This document shows, one piece after another, positions 41,791-43,691 of a stretch of DNA of 43,691 nucleotides (positions are counted from its first letter, which is position 1; the number at the start of each line of letters is the position of its first letter). The notes beneath the pieces are model-generated. The model saw nothing but the letters and a program-made list of their open reading frames with translations, was not told where the DNA came from and made no database searches. The stretch is taken from IMG/VR virus record IMGVR_UViG_3300033480_000006, positions 1 to 43,691 of that record; one strand, given 5' to 3'. A program made the position numbers and the translations under genes. The DNA is from a virus (lineage: Duplodnaviria; Caudoviricetes).

Positions 41791-41978
41791 GCGCACTCGA
41801 AAACCCGGCTAGCACGGATTTTGAATCGTGGCGCCATGAGAACTTGGCGCGTTTCGCCAGAGACGCGCGGGCTGAAATCAAGGCGCAGGCCGAACGCATC
41901 AAGCAACTGGAAGAAGAACGCCGGGCGGCCATCGATGCTTACCGGGATCTGCTGCGGCAACGGGGTCTCGCAGCGTGA
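41787..41978 (+). CDS. Small coiled-coil protein (63 aa, FESWRHENLARFA)
   Basis: AAGGAG SD; overlaps at both ends. Confidence 0.75.
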   Translation: MSALENPASTDFESWRHENLARFARDARAEIKAQAERIKQLEEERRAAIDAYRDLLRQRGLAA

Positions 41979-43363
41979 TTGAACTCGAAACCCCGTTCCC
42001 CTACCAAGTAGAAGGAGCACGCTATGTCGCGTCAAAGCAACACGCCCTACTCGCCGATTCGATGGGACTCGGGAAATCTTGCCAGGCTGTACTCGCTTGC
42101 GACATCATCGGAGCCCAGCGAATCCTCGTCATCTGCCCCGCGAACATCCGCGTCAACTGGTCGAGAGAGTTCACGCGCTTCAGCCCGATGGATCGCGATT
42201 GTGCGGTCATTGCTACAGGTACAGACCGGCCCGTCAATGTCGGCGTCACCATCGTCAGCTACGACCTCATCGCCGGCAACAACAAGCTGCGCAATGAACT
42301 CCGGGGCCGCAAGTGGGACGTGCTGGTCCTGGATGAGGCCCACTACCTGAAGGAAAGAAGTGCGAAGAGAACGCGAGCGATTTATGGCCACAACAGCAAG
42401 GTACCTGGGATTGCCGGCAGTGCAGCCCGAGTGTGGCGGCTCACTGGCACACCAGCCCCCAACAATGCCAGCGAACTCTACACGCACCTCAAATCCGCGG
42501 GCATCTACGCAGGCCAGTATTGGGACTTCGTGTTCGAGTTCTGCACTGGCTTCGACCCCGGATTCGGATTCAAGATCACCGGGCACAAGAACGTCGACCG
42601 ATTGAAAGCATTGCTGGCGCAGTTCATGCTGCGCCGAAAGAAGGAACAAGTCATGGCCCAGCTCCCGCCCCTCACCCACCAGCACGTCACCGTCGAGCGC
42701 AGCCAGGTCGAGCTCGATCCCTACTTCTACGAGAACTGGCGGCCGATCGGTGTCAAGGCCTTCCTGGCGGACATGGAGCACCGGGACAAGGTGCTCAAGG
42801 CGGCAGTGGCCGTGGCCAAAAGCAATCATGACTCGCACAGTGATGACGTGCTCGCGGTGTTGGAAGGCTTTGCCACATCCACCGCCACGCTGCGCCGCTA
42901 CATCGGCCTGGCCAAGTTGCCGCGCGTGCTGGAGATCATCAAGGAAGAGCTGGCCACGAAGCAGATCGACAAGATTGTGTTGTTTGCCATCCACAAAGAC
43001 GTCATCGAGAGCGCCCGCGTGGCGCTGCGCGAGTTCAAGCCCGTCACGCTCTACGGTGGCACGCCCGCCGACAAGCGCCAGGCCAACATCGACAAGTTCC
43101 AGAAGGACCCCAAGTGCCGGGTATTCATCGGCAACATCACGGCAGCAGGCGTGGGCATCACGCTCACCGCCGCGCACGAGGTGGCCTTCATCGAGACGGA
43201 TTGGGTGCCAGCCAACAACGCCCAGGCCACGATGCGCTGCCACCGCATCGGCCAAACCAAGCACGTGCGCGTGAGATTCTTCTCCTGCGCCGGCAGTGTG
43301 GATGAGGAAGTGATGCGCACGCTCATCCACAAAACCCGCGAGCTATCGAAAGTCTTCGATTGA
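41975..43363 (+). CDS. SNF2-family DEAH helicase
   Basis: PYQ, LADSMGLGKS, VLDEAHYLK, LTGTP, GVGITL, QATMRCHRIGQ. Confidence 0.95.
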   Translation: MIELETPFPYQVEGARYVASKQHALLADSMGLGKSCQAVLACDIIGAQRILVICPANIRVNWSREFTRFSPMDRDCAVIATGTDRPVNVGVTIVSYDLIAGNNKLRNELRGRKWDVLVLDEAHYLKERSAKRTRAIYGHNSKVPGIAGSAARVWRLTGTPAPNNASELYTHLKSAGIYAGQYWDFVFEFCTGFDPGFGFKITGHKNVDRLKALLAQFMLRRKKEQVMAQLPPLTHQHVTVERSQVELDPYFYENWRPIGVKAFLADMEHRDKVLKAAVAVAKSNHDSHSDDVLAVLEGFATSTATLRRYIGLAKLPRVLEIIKEELATKQIDKIVLFAIHKDVIESARVALREFKPVTLYGGTPADKRQANIDKFQKDPKCRVFIGNITAAGVGITLTAAHEVAFIETDWVPANNAQATMRCHRIGQTKHVRVRFFSCAGSVDEEVMRTLIHKTRELSKVFD

Positions 43364-43367
43364 TAGC

Positions 43368-43395
43368 TTGTATTTTCTGAAACCTTCGCTAACAT
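43368..43395 (+). promoter_or_regulatory. Putative sigma70 promoter for the nuclease-SSB-polymerase block
   Basis: TTGTAT-N16-TAACAT in an AT-rich gap. Confidence 0.5.
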
Positions 43396-43419
43396 CACAC
43401 ATCTTCTTTGGAGAAATAC

Positions 43420-43653
43420 ATGCGAACCAAAAAGCAACCGCCCGCAGCGCCCGTTGGCGCCGTCTTCGAAAACGTTCACATCGAGAACAACGCCGCTTCG
43501 GTTCCGAGTGACGCCGCCGCAGCCTTGGGCCGGGCCGCCGACGCCGCCGCGGAGAACGCCCGCGCGATCTCGGCCATCGCCAAGGCTCTGCAAGGCGCGC
43601 CGGCTACGATGACGCATGACTTCCACCTGTCCAACGTCCGCGGTTCGGACTGA
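43420..43653 (+). CDS. Ala-rich hypothetical protein (77 aa); 3' part duplicated at window start
   Basis: GGAGA SD before ATG 43420. Confidence 0.7.
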   Translation: MRTKKQPPAAPVGAVFENVHIENNAASVPSDAAAALGRAADAAAENARAISAIAKALQGAPATMTHDFHLSNVRGSD

Positions 43654-43691
43654 CCCCTCACCATCTGGAGAAACACATGCAAATCCGAATC
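43566..43691. repeat. 126-bp direct repeat identical to 2-127
   Basis: Direct comparison. Confidence 0.95.

Overview
The window is an apparently complete, circularly permuted genome (unit about 43,565 bp; bases 2-127 recur at 43566-43691) of a GC-rich podovirus, probably temperate and probably infecting a Betaproteobacterium (inferred from gene families and composition). The + strand carries early and replication genes (33.2 kb to the end, continuing 1-9.4 kb): small accessory ORFs, a Cro-like HTH, RuvC-like resolvase, Lar-like protein, SNF2 helicase, Cas4-like nuclease, SSB, family A DNA polymerase, TraR-like Zn finger, HNH endonuclease, Prim-Pol/D5 primase-helicase, Xis and a tyrosine integrase. 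The - strand carries a BPP-1/T7-like late module (33.1 to 9.4 kb): TerS, TerL, portal, scaffold, capsid, cement, adaptor, nozzle, ejection proteins, tailspike, holin, endolysin, spanins and a second fibre-like gene. I found no reverse transcriptase, CRISPR array, tRNA or CI-type repressor. The most interesting signals are: (1) a ~128-nt structured RNA candidate closed by a 21-bp stem at the head of the early operon, plus two near-identical 65-bp hairpin elements between early genes, in an integrase-bearing phage with no visible CI (possible RNA-based control); (2) a probable overprinted membrane protein inside the primase gene, with a second candidate inside the helicase; (3) a ParB/Srx-like domain inside the large ejection protein; (4) a T15 tract that frameshifts a Zn-ribbon gene; (5) candidate host-manipulation genes (TraR-like, Gp49-family, PagP-like, Tat-exported protein). 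All family calls come from motif recognition by eye, not from database searches.
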